Origin: Chrysomallon squamiferum
Taxonomy: Eukaryota > Animalia > Mollusca
Length of the DNA stretch: 64,000 bases
Direction: 5' to 3'
Assembly: GCA_012295275.1 (NCBI GenBank)
Contig: CM022678.1
Coordinates: 19,034,001 to 19,098,000, forward strand
Position numbers and translations under genes: made by a program. The notes below the pieces were generated by a model. It searched no databases and was not told the origin of the DNA. It worked only from the letters and a program-made list of their open reading frames with translations. This document shows, in pieces, positions 30,661 through 64,000 of the stretch. Position 1 is the first letter of the stretch, and every line of letters starts with the position of its first letter.

Positions 30661-30730
<70 letters not shown>

Positions 30731-30760
30731 CGTGTCTATATCTAAATATAAACTAATTAT

Positions 30761-38647
<7,887 letters not shown>

Positions 38648-38892
38648 TCTGCAAATAACAAACTAACACAGACTGCTCCTGAGACTGGTATGTTTTCTAG
38701 AGTAAATTTAAACAAACACAGACACAGCACTTTAAATATACATACATGGGGCTTACTCCCATATGGTAGAATTCCCAGTTCGTTGAAAGGCTAAATATGG
38801 TTCAGTGATCTTATTAACATACATGTTTTTATCTCAGTCATTATAATGAACTGTTCCAGATTATCTGGAAACCGATTATTATTGTATAAATA

Positions 38893-39530
38893 CAGTAACA
38901 TCTCGCTTAACGATATCCCTCTTTAATGATCTTTTTTCTTTACAAATTATATAAATGAAAATTTAATAGTTAATTGCCCGAAATAAATGATACAAATGGA
39001 TACACTGCATATTTTAAGTTGTTTTCATTTGTTTTTCGTTCATTCGCGAGCTTCTCTCAGCTGTTTTGATCAGCTGACACGTCATACGTGCATCTGATAT
39101 TCTGATTCTCTTTTCTCTTCTGCTTCGATTTAGACTTAAACTCGTTTGTAATTTACCCTTCCAATATGTCAAAACGGACAACAGTATACCGGCAAATGCT
39201 GATGATAAAAGAAACGGAAGACAATAACTTTAGAAACAAAATACATTATCTTAAATGAAACCAAAACCTACAAAAATGAACCCAAAATGAGTGGCATATA
39301 ATTATTTCTTAATGTATTTGTATAAATTGATTTGTAAATGATTTACTGTTTACTTAATATCTATAATCTATTAAATCATTTATGTCTAAACTGCTGTTTT
39401 ATTTCTCCTTATTTCACCTCTTTTTTATGTTAAATTTCATCAGCGAGAAAGTAACCACTGTTTTTAACCTTAATTCTGTGTAAATTAGTCTCCCGCTTAA
39501 CGATACCTCACTTCACTATCGGAAATTTCT
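38893..39530 (+). mobile_element. Tigger/pogo-type (Tc1/mariner superfamily) non-autonomous relic
   Basis: TA followed by CAGTAACATCTCGCTTAACG (TIR-like end). The subterminal motif cgcttaacgata recurs at ~39494. The remnant peptide KKRKTITLETKYIILNE (39209-39259) resembles the CENP-B/Tigger N-terminal HTH start. No 3' inverted repeat seen. Confidence 0.55.
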
Positions 39531-42500
39531 GTTTCTTTTTCATATAGATGAATATTTTACCAAAATTGAACAGGAGTTGCCAGGAAATAAATGCAACTTG
39601 AAGAATTTCATCACTAGTTTACCTAAAATCATAAAAAGTATGGTTTTTTTTATTGTCTTTTTGGGGTTGGGGTTAATATGTATTTTAACTGTATTTAACT
39701 GTTTGGATGGATTGACACAGTGTAAACAAAGTTATACTTGAAAAAAAACTTTAACCTTCTTTGAGATCTCAATTTGTAAAAGTACAAAATGTTTGAAATT
39801 GATTCATGTTTTCCACTATTAAATGTATACAGCCACACACATATTCTTTTTCTTTTCTTTTTTTATTCATACATGTTATAATAATTATTTCTGAGTGGTT
39901 GCAATAAGAATCATAATTTGTAATATACATTTTGATTGGAAAGTTTTGATTTCTAGTCATTCAGTCAGATTACATTTATAAATTGTTTATTTTAGCTTGC
40001 TCAGACGAAGATATTATTATAGTCAGATACCACAATCAAAAGTAAGAACATTTATCTGTCTTTATTAAACTCTATATTGTATTTTCTCTTTACCATTGCA
40101 ATTCATAGAGAACATATCTTTATAGATTACATCCTCAGTGTAAATGAAGTGCTTTTCAGTTTAGTTTGAGGGTGGAAGGAGAGAGACCAACTATTCAATA
40201 AGAATAATCTGTTTGTTTTTGTTTGTATTTTTAGGACAAAACCAAGATGTTATAACATACCAATATCAGCCATATCAAAAAATGATGACAATGCACTGAG
40301 TGAATTTCCAGAAGAAAGCAGTGTCTCTCTTAATGTAATGTTCTCTGACTCAAAGGTAATTTTTTTAAAAATCATATCCCTCATATATCATTCTTGGTGG
40401 TTGAGAAAAAAGAGAACTTAACAACATTGTATATTTCAGTCTTTTTTAATTATGTTGAGAAAATAAGATAAAGTAGATAAAATAATTTATCATATATTTT
40501 TATCTGTCATATATGACCTGGCTCAAATTTACTTCTGTATTTTTGGAAACTCTGTTTAATCTCTGGTGTGTTTTGTACTTTTTTTCCTTTGAACATCGCT
40601 AATCCTTAATATTATTGCAACTTCACTTTGATATACATCTTTTACTTCAAAACGAATCAACTATGATGTGCGTGTTTGTGTGTGTATATGAGTGTTATGA
40701 GAATTACATGAATGTAAACCTTTTTTTTTATAGAAAGCAAAACTGTTGTTCTGTTTCAAATTCCTTAATAAAAAATTTCAAGTCCTACCCCAAAAATATT
40801 GTTTTTATAAATGGTTCGTATTTGGTCAGTTTTCCTATTTAGATAAATTTATTTACAGAATAATCACAGTGCACAGGAAAAGAGCTGTGACAGCCAGAAG
40901 AAAAAGCCAGCCATGAAAAAAACTGTACCTGTGGCTGGTGAAATGTGTCTGAATTACAATGAAAGATACAAACAGGCTTCTGGTATGTTTTCTAAGTACA
41001 TTTATACCCACACACTTTTATATAACTGATAATATATGTAGCATTCATCGTGCTATCACCACCAATAGTGGCAACATATTACTGCTAAGTCAATTTTTAT
41101 ATTTCTGGGCTCTGAACCAAAAATATAGCTTTTTGGTGATAAATTATTTGTAATGCACACACATAATCACATGCACGTATTGTTCAGAGCTACTTCTTTT
41201 TCATTTAATTGCTAGTTTAAATCTTAAATGACCATTCTGAATGCAGTTTGTATTTAAAAAATAAAAAATTGTTTTGTTTTGATCTGTAGTTTTTGCCTCA
41301 TTTAATCTGGTCATTTGAGACTTCACTGATATCTTACGATACCAACTAGTTATTACCTTTGTGTGTGTTCTGTGCCTGCGTGCACTCACACACAACTTAT
41401 AGGAAATAACTGGTTAGTGTCTTATGATATGATATGAGCTTTATCACGTACATGCGTATACAGTTGTACGGGACATCCCCTTACACTTTGAGATCTGAAT
41501 TTGGAAATGTACAAAGTTCTTGTAGATTTAATCATGTTTTGTGAAACTATTCATAAACACACACAACTTTTTTTAATTCTATTTATACATGTTATATAAT
41601 CATTTCTGATTGGTTGCAGTACATTTCATAATTTGTAATATACATTCTTCTGATTGGACAGGTTTGATTTCTAGTAATTCTGTCACATTACACTGTATAT
41701 AAATTGTTTATTTTAGCTTGTTCGGAGGAAGATGGTGCTAGTGTGAGAAACAACGATCACAACTAAGAAAATTTAACTGTCTTTATTAAACTGTAAATTG
41801 TATTTTCTCTGTACCATTGCAATTCATAGAGAACATATCTTTATAGATTACATCCTCAGTGTAAATAAATTTCTTTTCAGTTTAGTTTGAGGGTGGATGG
41901 AGATAAACCAACTATTCAATAAGAATAATGTGTTTGCTTTTGTTTGTATTTTTAGGACAAAACCAAGATTTGTTGACATGTCAAAATCAGCCGTTACAGA
42001 GCAATCCAAGAATGATGACAAAACAGAGCTGAAATCTGCAGGACAAAACCCTGTCCCTCTTAATGTGGTAAGATCCACTGGAGGGAATTTTAAGACTATA
42101 ACATCCCCATTGATGTTGCTTTTGATGATTCACAGCTAATTTAGAAAAAAAAATATCACGTCCCCACCTATGTTGTTGTTGGTGGTTGAGAGGTCATTTA
42201 GGAAAAAAAGTCATTAAAAAACCAAAAAAAAAAAGAGAACTGTTTTTTCTTTTGTTTTTTCTTTTTTTCATTGTCTTGTTTTTTGTTTGTGTGTGAGTGT
42301 GTGTTTTTTTTGTTTGTTTTTTTCTCATTCATTGTCTTACTGCTGTTTTTCTTTCTTTCTGTCATCATCTGTCACTTTATGCAGGTTCCTTATAACTAAT
42401 TTATTTGGATTTATAACAATTGTTTATTCTGATGATAAACATTTTTTTTTTTCAGAAAATTTTGATGGAAAGCTTCAGAATATTGAAGAATCTTTCTCAA

Positions 42501-42779
42501 AACAGGAATTTGTAGATATCCATTCAAGTTCAGGGTCAGAGGTCAGTAAAGATTAAAGTTCTATTATGATGAGTGGTTGATAGAAAAAGATGAAGGTTAC
42601 TCAATAAACAAAACACAAAGATTAGAATATTAATGTTTGTTTTGATAAAATATCAATATATTTGAGAAGAATATTTTTCTTTAATTAAAAAATAATAATA
42701 ACATAAATACTATACATTATTTAATTTTGTGTCTTGAAAGGTTTAAAATATTTTTATGTTAAGGGTTATGAAAATATTT

Positions 42780-44170
42780 GTGTGAAAATTTTGATATTTA
42801 TCTATACAGATTATGAGTTGTTTTAGAAAAACCTACGTATTAGAACAAAGAAAGTTCAATTTCAGTTGATTATAATATTAATGAAAATTTAAATGAGAGA
42901 ATTAGGACATTTGAAAAACAAATGTTACTTAAGGGACTCAAAATACAGGTTTTATTTTTTATTTATTTATTTTTTTTTAATTATTATTATCATTATTTGT
43001 TAAAAGTTATTTCAGATTTGGAAAGTTTTGATATAAGAGAGTGTGTAGTTTTTATCATTATTGTGCAGTAGGTTGGATTTTTTCTGTTATTTATTTATTT
43101 ATTTATTTATTTTTCTGTTGTTAATACTTTCATTTTTAGATATTTACTAATGTCCTTATTAAGAAAATTGAAATATCTTTCTCTATTATGAGTTTATTAC
43201 CAAGACTTTTTTTTTTTTTTTTCAGTCAAAAATCTGATTTATTTAAAACTTTTATCTGTTTTCAGTGGTTTATTTATTATTGTTGTTGTTGTTTCAAATT
43301 TCCTCTCATGACGTCATTTTAAATAACTGAACAGAATTATTTGAACTTTTTTATCAGGGTTTAGAGAAGGATTCTGGAAATGGAGCTGCACAAAAGCAGG
43401 TAATGTGTGAATTTGTATTTATTTTCTTTCTTATTTTTTTATTTTTTTGTATTCTTTTATAATTATTGGTCATAGTAAAGAGATACTCATTCTCTGCTTA
43501 ATATATGTTCTAACTTTCACTTTACATTTTAATGGTGTTTTCAGTGTTGTTGAAGAAGTTGTTCTTACATTGTTGTATCTACATATATATATATATGATA
43601 AAGTGATTGTCTAACATTGTAAGTGCTAAAAATAGAAATGAGAATAACGTATAGTAGTAAATAGTGTGTTATCTGTGATATACTATGAGTTGTCTTCAAA
43701 ATATATATATATTGGAATAAAGAAAGTCTAATTTCAGTTGGTTATATTATTAACAGAAATTTAAAATAGAGAATTAGGACATTAGCCAAAAAATTGTTAC
43801 ATAAGGGACTTTAAATATAGGTCATTTTATTTTATTAATTTTTCAGATTTTTAATTTGATCGGTTTTTGGATATTTACTAATGTCCTTATTGAGTAGATT
43901 TAAATATTTTTCTCTATTATGAGTTTATTTAAGTTGTTTTTTTCATAATGTCTTAAAAGTTTTATCAGTTTTCAATGGTTTATTTATTATTATGGTTGTT
44001 GTTTGTGGTCTTTTGTTTTTTCTCTTTTTTTTTCAAATTTTCTCTTATGATGTCAATTTATGTAACTGAACAGAATTATTAGCCTTTTCTTCTTTTTTTT
44101 TACAGGATTCTGTTTGTCTGCAAAAAAACATCTGGAAATGAAGCTGCACAGAACTAGGTGATGTGTGAAT
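42780..44170 (+). repeat. Tandem duplication of an intron plus small exon (~42840-43410 vs ~43710-44170)
   Basis: Shared gagaattaggacatt, gatatttactaatgtccttatt, taactgaacagaattatt and tctggaaatg.agctgcaca strings. Confidence 0.8.
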
Positions 44171-44446
44171 TACTAAGCCACATCAAAAAAAAAAATCAAC
44201 ACTGAAATGAAAATATTTCTCTTGACTTATTTGTCAGATGACTTATTGCAGAAGAAGTTTTTTTCTCGTTAATGGTGATACAATTTTCTTCAGATGGATC
44301 ATTACTGCTTCATCTTTTTCTCTAGATTAAGTTGTCTCATAATTAAAACCTTGTCACGTGACGCTATTATAGTCTGCTACCTTATAGACGGGGGACGAAC
44401 CCAATTTTAGGTATTATACAATTCAGACTAGTCACCGTGACACTTG

Positions 44447-44483
<37 letters not shown>

Positions 44484-45241
44484 TTGTGTCTTACATTGTA
44501 GCAGTGCTACAAAAATAGAAATGAGAATATGTATAACTAAGAAGTTTAGTCTGTTTTTCTGATGCAGGATGGTTTATTATTATTATTATTATTTATTACT
44601 AGTTTTTTTATTACATTTTATTACTTTTTTATTTTTATTTTTTAAGTGTTTTCTTATTTTTGTAAATAGTTTTTGTTACCTACTGACAATTTATTTGTAG
44701 ATTTTAATGATCTTCAAGATATGGTTCTGTGTTTTAAGATCTGAAGTTACGGGTATTAACGTAAGAGCAGAACAAATTTATATTTCTATTTTTAGCATGA
44801 CCAGACAAACAGCTTACAAGATGGCTGCTGTTTTCTTTCCTGTTCCAACCATATACCCAGCAGAACAGCTTTATCAAAAGCTGTTAAAGCATGTTTCAAT
44901 ATAGAAACACTTATTAAACATTTGTTTAGAACTAAGTAGTCAGCAGGTTTCTTCTCTTGTATCATTTAATAAACTACATTGTTGGCCTCAGATGCTGTTG
45001 GTTGTGGGATCAACCTTCAGTCCCACTATGCTGAAATAGTAATAATGGACTAAAGGCTCATAAAGGAATTTGCTGCTGCTATGTATTCATGCCTGATATT
45101 AGTTTTTAACCAACACCAGAGAAAAAAATTGAAGAAAAATACAACAAAACTTTAAGGCAGTAATGTCTTCAAATGTATTACTAAACTGTTTTAACAATAC
45201 AGTCAGCAAAAGGTAAACGGACTAGCAGCACTTTATCAATC

Positions 45242-45688
45242 TAATTTAAATTTGAAAATTTAATTTTTTCGTATTTAAATGCAATTCTAATTTAAAATAT
45301 AGAAATAATATGTAGGAGTAAAACACTACTACTACTATTACTGCTATTTCTACTATAACTACTGCTACTATTAACAACTATTTCTGCTACAACTACTGCT
45401 GATAATAATGGTTGTTACGTAATCAAACAAAAATTAGCAGTATCGTGATTTATTAAGGAATAACTTTCCAGTCCACTTTCAAATCATGATCTCAAAAAAA
45501 AAAATCAAAAAAAATCAATAAATAAAATGATATAAATGAACGAATCTAAGTATCAATAGTACTAATGCGATGAATGAACAGAAAATATTAGAAAGATAGA
45601 TGGATGTAGATCGTCTAATAAAGAGAGCGACGTAGACGAGTTTGTTTTATTGTCTTTTGTCATCGTTAAACAAAACCACATGAAAATA

Positions 45689-45780
<92 letters not shown>

Positions 45781-46257
45781 TCAAAAATAGGTATTGAAAA
45801 ACATTTACGCCATAGAGACACAAAACAACACAAGCGTAATTCTTATTTATTCGATACACTTACACACTTTTTCCACTTTTGTTTTGCATTTTGGTCTTTC
45901 GAATGTTCTTGATAACCATCCTACATTTATAAACAAACAAACAACAAAAACGCGATGTAATTAACTTAAAATAAAGATGAAAGAAAAGAAGAAAGAAATG
46001 AAGAAAGCAATAATCTGATATTGGTAATTTTAAAATATATTAGACTTTTATGTAGTAATAAGTTAGTTTTATTTTTATTCTAATGATCGACACAATTCAA
46101 ACTAATTAACACATTTAAACAACATGAAAATTAAGATCATTCACACGGTAGAAATAATAGAGCAGCAACAACAACAACTGAAATTAAAAAAAAAATACTG
46201 AGAAAAATAACTAGTAACAATAACAATTAGAGTGACAATAACAAAAACAATAACGAT

Positions 46258-46334
<77 letters not shown>

Positions 46335-47084
46335 ATATCGTCATCACTGTCATCAGCTTATTGTTTTTAATTTTCTTTTTTTTTCGTTTGTTATGGTTGT
46401 TGCTGCTGATGCTGCTGATTTTGAAATTTTCACTTCTTGTAAATATTATTAAATATTTGTTTTTGACATATAAAATAGTTATTTTATTAATAATTATTAC
46501 TGTTTTGCTATTATTAAATAAATAAATAAATCTAGTGTACAATGTCAAAACTGTGCTTAATGTTTCGCAAAGAACAACTAAAACTTAGCAGTTCAATTCT
46601 GTCTAACAAAAAATATCCTGGAAAAATAAATGAATTAATACACCGCTTACAAACATGAAAAATAAATAAATAAATAAATAACAAACAAAAGGAACGCATA
46701 AATATATGAATGCAGGCATGTGCATAGGTAGGTATGCAAATATTTACGATAACTGAACAATATTTGTTTATTCATATAAATATAATTATGTCCTTTTGTG
46801 TTTTTCAATGTAAACAAAACGCTTTTGTTTTTTGCAATTTTGTTTGTTTCTTTTGGTCGGTATAATTACTTACACAGAAGTAACCTACTTTTTAATTTTA
46901 GCTTTTCTTTGAAATATATCAAACAAACCCATTTGTTTACTAAATACCACTTTTGTTTGTTCCCAACATCGACAGTGGTGTCTAGGATACGCGGTGACGT
47001 CATAATGTTTTGAACACATGTTGAAAGATAATTAACCTTGCCGAGTTGAAGCTCTATTTCAGCATGCATTTAGTGTTCATAATA

Positions 47085-47140
<56 letters not shown>

Positions 47141-47450
47141 ATAAAATAAAATAGAATAAATGGAAACGATTTCTGTAATCTAAATAACTGTTACTGGTAT
47201 TTATATTTTTTATTAGAAACTTGAATTCAGGACGGAAGGAAACAGCGAGTTGTAACACGAGTTATTCCCCTTGACGAGTCCAAACATTTCTTACAGGAAA
47301 GAAACTGAAATTATGTGAAAAATAACCGAATCAGTAAATATATAAATAAATAAATAAATAAACAAACAAATAAATAAATGGCAAAATACCTAGGCCGCTG
47401 TTTCAACATGTTTGTTGTTTCTTACTTGATTGCATTAGTAATTTTTCTTT
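45242..47450 (+). repeat. Third, more diverged copy of the TPR-gene 3' flank (matches ~490-3310 and ~31255-34030)
   Basis: Shared unique strings such as ggtgtctaggatacgcggtgacgtcataatg and cagtccactttcaaatc. Lacks the segment carrying the 57-nt minus-strand exon. Confidence 0.9.
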
Positions 47451-47453
47451 TAA

Positions 47454-47499
<46 letters not shown>

Positions 47500-47513
<14 letters not shown>

Positions 47514-50500
47514 AAATGGTAGTTAATTTCAAAACTTCAATCTTTATTTTTATAAATTCGTTATTACTTATACATAAATATGTCTCACTGCATTTTTCTT
47601 TTAAAATTCATTTTAGATTTACAGCTTGGTCAAACCAGATTTATCAAACGGGAAGAACAACTAACAGGTGTATATCTGTATATGCTAGTATTTAGAAATT
47701 ATACTTCTATTTGACTGTAACGTTATTGATTCATCTCATGCGTGTTACTTTATCTATATTTATATTTTTATTAGAAACTTGAATTCAGGATGCAAGGAAA
47801 CAGCGAGTTCTAACAGGAGTAATTCCCCTTGACGAGTCCGAATATTTCTTACAGCAAAGAAACTGAAATTTAAATATAAATAAAAATAAAATGAAATGAT
47901 TAAAACGTAATAATAATAAACATAAATTACGGATAACGTTATACAGGAGAAAATACTAATTTTTGTTGAACCTTTAAGCTTGATAATCTGATTGAAGTAT
48001 GTGAAAAATAACCGAATCAGTAAATATATAAATAAATAAATAAATAAAAGACAGAATATCTAGGCCGCTCTTTCAACACGTTCGTTGTTTCTTACTTGAT
48101 TGCATTAGTAATTTTTCTTTTAATATTATTATTATTTTAATTATTATTATTATTATTATTTGTATATAAATGATAGTTAATTTCAAAACTTCATTCTTTA
48201 TTTTTATAAATTCGTTATTCATTTCAGATTTACAGCTTGGTCAAACCAGATTTATCAAACGGCAAGAACTGTCTGTATATACTAGCATTTAGAAATAATA
48301 CTTCTATTTGACTGTAACGTTATTGATTCATCTCATGCGTGTTACTTTATCTACACGTTTATTTCAAACATTCAGAGTCCAGTTTCATGATAGAGAACAC
48401 AGAATGTCTCTTAACATGCAGATTTTGTACGTGCAATGAAAACATAAAATGTGATAATTTCAAATGTTTACTTCCTGGGGACTGAACATCGGCTTAATTG
48501 GGGGTATATAGACACGGAAACCGAACTAAAATAAAATCAGAACAAAATAAAACAAGAACAGTTAAAATAAGTAAAGATATCAAAGGCTCAAATTGAAAAT
48601 TACAAAATATGAAATTATAAACAATTCATTTATAATCAACAGAAATCAGAATTACTAAGACGCTGAATATGTAATAATGAATTTCTTTACTGTAAGAAGA
48701 GCAGCCTTTGACACGACACACGCCCTCTTCCGTTAGACTCAATAATACACGATCTACGCAAAAAGAAAGGGCGATAACTTACAAGTTATACACATCAATG
48801 TACATAAAATAGAATACCTTATACACGAGCTTTGCTGTTAGACCCTCGATGTCACGATATATATACAAAGAAAGGTGGATAAAGTTCAAGTAATACACAT
48901 ACATGTACCTAAAATAGAGTACATTACATACGTTCGCAACGGGCAAACCTTTAACGTATCCAGTTCATTAAGCTATTCACATATGTAAACACAGAAATAT
49001 ACATTTAAATTATCTCATATTGATAATAAGTAAACGCCAGACATTAATTAATCAACAGAACCAATTGAAATATCTTTAAAATTTGGCACAAATAATTTTT
49101 TCCAAGGTTAATACTGAAGACTGTACCTGTGTTCGGGTGTAACATGTACGTTTACTATTATCAGAAATACTGCGTGGCATGTTATATATCGGTATCAAAG
49201 CAACTAGTTAGCCATACGTTTTGTTCCAGGTGCGAATAATACTGAGTGATCGTGTTTCAGTTCATTTGACAATAAAACATATTGAGAATTTTAATACTGC
49301 CTGACATATACTGACAAATAAACAAAGGTGTACTTTGTACGTGAATACTTCAATGTAGATAAGACTGGTTTTTGTTTTTATTTCGAATTTAACTTCTCAG
49401 AGAGTCAGCGCTACATTTAGACATACCCGACCTAAGTTGTTGAAGTCTTGAAAGCCATGTTTGACGTGAAATGAAATATACTGGAGCTGATTAGAAAATA
49501 TATTTTAATCCTGTGCTATTTACAACGTTTCCGCAAAAGAAAAAGATGAAGACGCAAGTAGTTTTGAAGGAGATGACCTCTGGAAGCTGAAAGTACAAAA
49601 ATGTCGATATTACGATCTACGTTTCATTTCCATATTAACAACGAACAAACAGCCTGTATCCTTCCAAATAACCCATTCAGTAGTTGTCATATCATATTTG
49701 CAAATGTACACATACATAATAAGGGCATACAGTCATTAATGTGTTTATACTGTTCCCATATGATAATGTTATAAAAGGATTTTTTTTTTTATATAAAACA
49801 TTGCTTATAGGCCTTTAATTATTATTATTATTATTTTTTTTTGTTATTGTTGTTATTATTATTATTACTGCTGGTGTTGTTGTTTTCATTGTTGTTGTTG
49901 TTGTGTTTGTTCTTATTATTTATAGCCGGGGTAAACCTGCGTCGAACTGAAAACCCCGCCATAATCCACCCCTGAAACGAAATTTGAACAAAGAACACAC
50001 TTCATAGAGAGAGACGGGTGGACGTTTCGTTTGGCATGAATAAGAAAAACATTAAGCTAATATCTGAGTTTTACCGACCTTAATAGAAATTATTTATATC
50101 TCTCTCTAGTGTATAACAAATACCTTTACAGAATTTAATCGTAAAGCTTTACCGTCAAGAGAAATACTGTTTGACATGATTACTCATATATCGATATCGA
50201 AATAACTAGTTAGCATACTTTTTGTGCCAGGTACGGATAATGGTTTCATGGTGAACTACTTAACACTGAGTGATCACGTGAAGAACTTAACACAGCAGTG
50301 TGTTCTGTTATCAGGTCGACTCGACATGTCGATAATAGAATGTCTCCATACCGACAAGACTGGTCGGGCTAAGTGAATACAAAAGAAGAAAGACTTTATC
50401 AAGTTAAATAAGCAAACACAGATAAGATAAGAGTAAATTATAAAGTTCCGTACTGGCCTGTTTGATTTTATCTGAGAATACAACATATTTATAATTTTAA

Positions 50501-50993
50501 TATCGCCTGACATATACTGACAAATAAACAAAGGTGTACATTGTACGTGAATACTTCAATGTAGATAAGACTGATTTTTGTTTTTATTTAGAATGTATCT
50601 TCTCAGAGAGTCAGTGCTACATTTAGATGTACCCTGACCTAAACACTTAAAGTCTTGTAAGCCATGTTTGACGTGAAATGAAATATATAGTAGAGGATTA
50701 GAAAATATATTAAAATATTTATAACGTCCACAAAAGAAGAAGATAACGACGCAAATATTTTTCATGGAAATTACATCTTGAAGCTGAAATTACAAAAATG
50801 TCGATATTATTATCCACGTTTCATTTCCATATTAACAACGAACAAATAAACCATTCATGAGTTGTCTTATCATATTTGTAAACACATACATATATAAGGA
50901 TGTAAATTCATTACTGTGTTTATACTGTTGCCATGCGATAATGTTGTAACAGTAATTTTTTTTTATAAAAAATTGCTTATAGGGCTTTTATTT

Positions 50994-51064
<71 letters not shown>

Positions 51065-51532
51065 GTTTTGTTGTTTTTGTTGTTGCTGATGTTTTTGTTG
51101 TTACTTTTAGCCGTGGTAAACCTGCGTGCAACTGAAAACCGCGCACAAATCCACCCCTCAAACGAAATCTGAACAAAGAACATACTTCATACAGAGAGAC
51201 GGGTGGACCTTTAATTTGGCCTGAATAAGAAAAATTCCAACAGTTTATTCAAGTAGTCACAAATACCAAGTGTTTATCTTATTCTTTTTCTAACTGTACG
51301 AAAATTAGTCATATGTACTTACAATTTATTTTATCACGTTCGCGAAACAGCTAAATCTAATAAGGATACAAAGTTACCATTAAACTATAAATGTACATGG
51401 TCAGTGCATTGATATGCACTATTATAAAAATGTGCAAACGAAAAATCACATTCAAAATTATGCTTGGGATATAAAAGAGAAATTTACAAAATTGTATCCT
51501 AACGTTTGTTGACACCAGTAAAAATTGGATGC

Positions 51533-51626
<94 letters not shown>

Positions 51627-51767
51627 GAAAGAACAAGATTACAAACGCCTTGTGATCAGATTGAACTCGATTTCCAAATAAACATATAAATATGTATGTA
51701 TGTATGAATGTATGAATGTAAGTGTGTGTGTAGAAATATATATATGAATATATATATGTATGTATAG

Positions 51768-51834
<67 letters not shown>

Positions 51835-51845
51835 TTTGTATATAT

Positions 51846-51878
<33 letters not shown>

Positions 51879-52155
51879 AAGATAGATGTATATATCTATA
51901 CACAGAATATATAATATATTGAATTCAGGTAGTCAGTATTTTATTGTAATAGCAATTTGATAATAAAATGGACTATGTCCTGGCGTGCACACAGATAAAA
52001 CGAGGAGGTGTGGTCAGGAATATGTTTATGTTGTTGTCAGGCGACAATGTCATAACGTTACCGTATCGGGTGATATCCCTTACATAGATTTCACAATGAT
52101 TACCTAGTTTCACTGTACCAGTTCTTGGAATTTCAATAACGAAAGTAGTCGGCTG

Positions 52156-52200
<45 letters not shown>
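47500..52200 (+). repeat. Duplicate of the inter-gene spacer 22200-25820, with internal tandem duplications
   Basis: Shared strings such as tacagcttggt, gagatgacctctggaagctgaaag and cacgttcgcg.aacagctaaatctaata. 47200-47760 repeats at 47760-48350, and 49150-50050 resembles 50200-51230. Confidence 0.9.
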
Positions 52201-63740
<11,540 letters not shown>

Positions 63741-64000
63741 AGTATTATTATTTTATTATTTTATTTTTATACAATTAAAATCTAGACACAGGTAATTTCG
63801 TTGATTATTCTCTGAAGCAAACAAGAAACAGCTGTGCTCGTGTAAAAAGAAAAAGAAAAAATCCTACTAACAACTGTTTAATAAATATTTCTCATACCTT
63901 ACGGGTCTCTTTACTCGCTATAGTTATCGAATACACCCATTTCTCTCTCTATGCTCTTATACATAGGCTGATAAGGGCGATATGTTTACCTCATGCAGGC
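63741..64000 (+). other. Homologue of the first intron of TPR gene copy 2 (matches ~26990-27232); a further gene copy probably starts just beyond the window
   Basis: Near-identical to the sequence ending ~400 bp before the ATG exon at 27627. Confidence 0.8.

Overview
AT-rich, microsatellite-dense eukaryotic (metazoan, probably invertebrate) genomic DNA with one 200-N scaffold gap (7976-8175). Nearly all short ORFs in the track are microsatellite or repeat artefacts. The core is a tandem cluster of + strand genes whose proteins combine an N-terminal TTC22/IFIT-like TPR solenoid with a C-terminal TIR-like alpha/beta domain. Two copies are intact (large exons 19308-21433 and 28055-30180, each preceded by short exons), one is a relic (23775-24075), and flank homology implies further copies beyond both window ends. 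Copy 1 has ATA where copy 2 has ATG, but appears to regain an in-frame ATG split across a splice junction (AT|G). The last ~12 kb is an 11-unit tandem array with a ~3.04-kb higher-order period, built from the putative promoter and first-exon/donor region of this gene family. Segmental duplications between the genes carry captured fragments: SMNDC1/SPF30 5' exons (twice), an ankyrin-like exon, a disrupted ankyrin array, a frameshifted DNAJC27 last exon, a decaying gene with duplicated exon modules, and a Tigger/pogo relic. All family assignments come from motif recognition by eye, not database searches.
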